In this document: in pieces, positions 60,835-64,000 of the stretch
How the letters are laid out: the number at the start of each line of letters is the position of its first letter
Position numbering within the stretch: the stretch's first letter is position 1
Source: a virus
Taxonomy: Duplodnaviria; Heunggongvirae; Uroviricota; Caudoviricetes
DNA: 64,000 nt
Reading direction: 5' to 3' (one strand)
IMG/VR virus record: IMGVR_UViG_3300017722_002988
Location: 67,760 to 131,759 of that record
Notes under the pieces: model-generated
Databases searched by the model: none
Told to the model about the DNA's origin: nothing
What the model saw: the letters and a program-made list of their open reading frames with translations, nothing else
Made by a program: the position numbers and the translations under genes

Positions 60835-61841
60835 AAACATTTGCCCAATTTGTAACCGAGAGCCTGGGTCGCATGACGACCTATGACGAAATTGTGCACG
60901 CCATTGCTGCCTATAAGAAAGCCGGAGAGATTCCGAATCCTGTATATCAGGATCTCGGCAGCCAAGCTCGCCGTGTTTTTGGAAAAGAAGCAGGAGCCGG
61001 ACGGGACTTGATCCTTAAAGTCATGCATGCTGGTGACGGTGCACAAAACCGAGATGATGACATCTCTGACTTGTATTATGCATGGCCGAGCGATTCATTC
61101 CAAGGCCTTATCAAGTTCGAGAAGATTCTCCTCAAAGTCGAGAAGATGAACAAGCCGAATATGGCCCCTGTCATTAAAGCCGGCAAGGACGTTCTAGCTA
61201 ACTGGAAACCAGTAGCAGATGACCTGAAAGTCTTGAAGGACAAGATCGTCAAGATGACCACCAAGCGTGCTGAAGCCAAAGAGGTCGCAGCCAAAGAGAT
61301 GGGTGCAAAGTTTGCTGATTCATCCTCGTTGATCAAGGTTCTTGAGAGCCATCTCGGCGAATACAAAGCTGCTGCTCATCAGCGGGCAGTTGAGTTCATC
61401 AAGTCCAAGCTTGACTTCCTCATGAAGCATGATTGGGATCTCAATAAAGCTGTGCCTCGCCACACGGGTCATTACGGAACTGCTTACAAGATGACCGAAA
61501 GCCAGCGGTCTCTTTATCGGTCTATTACGAGGAGCAAGTCGGCCAGCCTCCGTGTTGGAGAGCCTGATATTCGTGAGCCGGACCAACACCTAATCGACCG
61601 CTATGTTCTAGCCAGTGTCGCAGGTGCTGAAGCTAGTTATCGTGAATTCATGCACAAGATGATTACGAAGATCGGTAAGCCGGTTGTTAACGCCAAAATG
61701 ATTGGCAACATCTGGACTAATGCTATCCTGACAGTTACGACCAATGACGGTGAAGAGCAAGTCTGGAACACGAAGATGATCCTGAACTTCTCGAAATATC
61801 AAACCATGTTCAACCAGTTCCCATCCCGCAGGAAGAAATAA
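60831..61841 (+). CDS. protein with a capsid-targeting-like N-terminus (MKTFAQFVTES)
   Basis: Paralog family; start overlaps the upstream stop (ATGA). Confidence 0.6.
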   Translation: MKTFAQFVTESLGRMTTYDEIVHAIAAYKKAGEIPNPVYQDLGSQARRVFGKEAGAGRDLILKVMHAGDGAQNRDDDISDLYYAWPSDSFQGLIKFEKILLKVEKMNKPNMAPVIKAGKDVLANWKPVADDLKVLKDKIVKMTTKRAEAKEVAAKEMGAKFADSSSLIKVLESHLGEYKAAAHQRAVEFIKSKLDFLMKHDWDLNKAVPRHTGHYGTAYKMTESQRSLYRSITRSKSASLRVGEPDIREPDQHLIDRYVLASVAGAEASYREFMHKMITKIGKPVVNAKMIGNIWTNAILTVTTNDGEEQVWNTKMILNFSKYQTMFNQFPSRRKK

Positions 61842-62776
61842 TGAAGACGTTCGCACAGTTTGTAGCCGAGGCGTCCATTCGTCAAGGTCTGCCCCACATC
61901 ACGACCATGAACCATGAGCAGTTCAAAAACCTTCTCCATAAAGACGGCAAGGTTCACATTCACGATGTGACTGAAAAGACCGATGGTATGACCCACGTGA
62001 TGGGCCACGACGAACATGGGTTCTACACTCAATCGTCTGGATCAGGCAACGAGAAAATGCGTAGCCCTGAGGATTTCCACACGCGCGCCAAGCGCCGTGC
62101 TGAGGAAACTGGGAAGCCTTACAACCCTACTGCTGCCAACGCCTTTGGCCACGTCCACAAGATGATGCAGTCTAACAAGGCCGTAACCGATCACCTGGCA
62201 GCCGCGCATGCTAAGCACGGTGAGACCAGGATCCGCGGTGAGGTTTTCTACAAGCCGCTAGGCACTCCATCTGAGACCCACAAGCACGAGATCAAGTTCG
62301 TAGGAACCTCGTACGATCCGTCCCACATGGCTGAGCATGGCAAGTACGTCATTCACACAAAGCTGCCTGACAACCACCACGTGGACGCTGAGGCATTCAA
62401 GAGGCACTCTACGGCTCACATCAACTTCGATGATGACAAGACTCACATCACGACCGGACACGTCGACGCCTCGGATGAACACAAAGAGTTCCACAAACTC
62501 GATCATGACTTGATCAACTCGCGGACTGTTCCGAAGAACAAGGAAGCCAAGATGGCTGAGCTGGCCAAGATGGCTCACATCCAGAAGCGGGTTGCTGATA
62601 AGGTTGATGATCACGTCAAAAAGTTAGGTGTTACGCCTAAATGGGGTTCTGGCAGTGAAGGACTTGTGATACATCCATCTAAGCATAACCCAAATGCTCC
62701 GAGGTTCAAGGTAACCTCTGACGCATTCCGGGCCTATCGGGCCGACCCTAAGACTAAGGACAAGTGGAAGAAATGA
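61841..62776 (+). CDS. His-rich protein with a capsid-targeting-like N-terminus (MKTFAQFVAEA)
   Basis: Paralog family; shares HKDGKVH with the 10507 protein. Confidence 0.6.
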   Translation: MKTFAQFVAEASIRQGLPHITTMNHEQFKNLLHKDGKVHIHDVTEKTDGMTHVMGHDEHGFYTQSSGSGNEKMRSPEDFHTRAKRRAEETGKPYNPTAANAFGHVHKMMQSNKAVTDHLAAAHAKHGETRIRGEVFYKPLGTPSETHKHEIKFVGTSYDPSHMAEHGKYVIHTKLPDNHHVDAEAFKRHSTAHINFDDDKTHITTGHVDASDEHKEFHKLDHDLINSRTVPKNKEAKMAELAKMAHIQKRVADKVDDHVKKLGVTPKWGSGSEGLVIHPSKHNPNAPRFKVTSDAFRAYRADPKTKDKWKK

Positions 62777-64000
62777 AAACCTTTATCTCCTACATCGCTG
62801 AAGGCGGTAACATCAAAGTAGGTGAGCACGAAGCTGCTCCCTTCACAATGACCGCTCAGAACCGCGACTCACGGGTCAAAGACATCCACGACTCTATGCA
62901 TGAGCTAAACAAGTCGTTCCACGCTGAGCATGGTCATGACCTGTTCCATGGCGGCAAAGCCCACTATGGTGGTTCCTCCATGCAGCTGATGGACAAGAAC
63001 ATTCCAGCGGCTGAGTTCGCAAAGCACAAGCCACAGGTTGGTGATGTTGACGTTCATGTTCCTCATGAGCACGGGGACAAGCTACATGCCCATCTGAAAA
63101 CTGGAGCACGCTTCGGCAAGTACACCGTTGCAGGAACCAAGAAACACGGCATCGACGTTTCGGCTGTGATGCAGCATGACAATGGCGAACTGCATCAAAT
63201 CGACTTCATCAAAGGCAAGCACGGGCGTGCTGAGCAATCCTTCTTGCATTCGTCTCACTGGGACGACGTCAAGCGTGGTGTGAAGGGTTCTCACCACAAG
63301 CTGCTCCTTAACGTGGCAGCAGGCGACACGCACAAGTTCTCCATCTCCGGCGGACTGAAGTCCAGAACCGATGAAGACGACAAGGGGCACCAACACCCTG
63401 AGAAGATCTCTAAAGCCCTGTTTGGTAAGGATGCTGACCACTCGAAGATCCATTCGTTCCATGGGTTGGCTGAGCTGGTTCGTGATCACATTCCTGCATC
63501 TAAGCATCAGGACATCTACAACCGGTTCAAGTCGTCCACCGATCGTGCTGGCCGTGATACCGATCACACCAAGGCAATCGCCCATCTGAAGAAGACTCTG
63601 AATGCCAAGGATGAAGTGAAAGAATCTCTCGATGAAGAAAAGATCCGCTGCGAATCCTGCAAAGGCCGTGGAATGAGAATCAAGTTCACGAAGTCAGGGC
63701 CTCTAAAGGTTCCTTGCGGTATCTGTCTATCTACTGGGAGTCTTGAACATAGGACCAAGGCACTAGCTGAAGAAACTGAGCACCACGCTTCAGTCATTCC
63801 TTTGGTTGGTTTCTCCCCCATCTCCCATATGGGTCACGCCCATGATCTCGGTGGAGCCATGAAGAAACTACCTGGCAAAAAGCACATCGGTATCTCTCAG
63901 AAGGACGACGTGTTTTCGCCTGAGGAACGCTCCCACATCATGAAGAAACAGTGGGCCCAAGAAGGCGTCAATCACCACTTCACGAAGTCCGGTGGTGACA
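62773..64000 (+). CDS. His-rich protein with a capsid-targeting-like N-terminus (MKTFISYIAEG), 3'-truncated by the window edge
   Basis: 409 codons read by hand with no stop; C-terminal CxxC...CGIC; absent from the ORF track because there is no in-window stop. Confidence 0.55.
   Translation, partial: MKTFISYIAEGGNIKVGEHEAAPFTMTAQNRDSRVKDIHDSMHELNKSFHAEHGHDLFHGGKAHYGGSSMQLMDKNIPAAEFAKHKPQVGDVDVHVPHEHGDKLHAHLKTGARFGKYTVAGTKKHGIDVSAVMQHDNGELHQIDFIKGKHGRAEQSFLHSSHWDDVKRGVKGSHHKLLLNVAAGDTHKFSISGGLKSRTDEDDKGHQHPEKISKALFGKDADHSKIHSFHGLAELVRDHIPASKHQDIYNRFKSSTDRAGRDTDHTKAIAHLKKTLNAKDEVKESLDEEKIRCESCKGRGMRIKFTKSGPLKVPCGICLSTGSLEHRTKALAEETEHHASVIPLVGFSPISHMGHAHDLGGAMKKLPGKKHIGISQKDDVFSPEERSHIMKKQWAQEGVNHHFTKSGGD

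Noticed and set aside
1-64000. CRISPR arrays, integrase/attachment sites, transposons
   Set aside because: No regularly spaced direct repeats and no integrase or transposase motifs were seen. The only repeats are promoter boxes, tRNA paralogs and short palindromes.

Overview
This 64 kb window is a segment of a T4-like (Tevenvirinae-type) myovirus genome at about 50% GC. Nearly all genes are on the + strand. The T4 replication/recombination core is recognisable: dCMP deaminase, thymidine kinase, sliding clamp gp45, clamp loader gp44/gp62, RegA, family-B DNA polymerase gp43, UvsX and the gp41 helicase. Accessory functions include NAD salvage (NadV plus an NMNAT/Nudix fusion), a NADAR protein, MazG, an HD-domain ppGpp-hydrolase-like protein, RNA ligases Rnl1 and Rnl2 plus a third KxDG ligase-like protein next to a metallophosphoesterase, GroES, and an SPFH/flotillin protein. 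The central 25 kb (23.7-48.4 kb) is a very large tRNA region with roughly 45 tRNA or tRNA-like genes in several clusters. It is interleaved with HNH and GIY-YIG homing endonucleases, small ORFs, and about 3 kb of structured non-coding sequence. Three features stand out. First, many of the tRNAs are structurally odd: a complete set of Leu-anticodon tRNAs with short variable arms, Lys-anticodon tRNAs with long variable arms, non-canonical T-loops, degenerate tRNA-Glu-like units with encoded CCA, and a CTA (amber-reading) tRNA with its own promoter. Second, a promoter-like motif (TTGTGTACA, about 16 nt, (CTGCTTA)TATTATGAGAATGTAAG) recurs more than 25 times. Third, at least seven paralogous His-rich proteins begin with MKTF-Q-IVEA, which resembles a T4 capsid-targeting sequence. 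tRNA coordinates were derived by hand and are accurate to about +/-2 nt; anticodon calls are tentative. Minus-strand ORFs that lie antisense to strongly supported + strand genes were treated as spurious.
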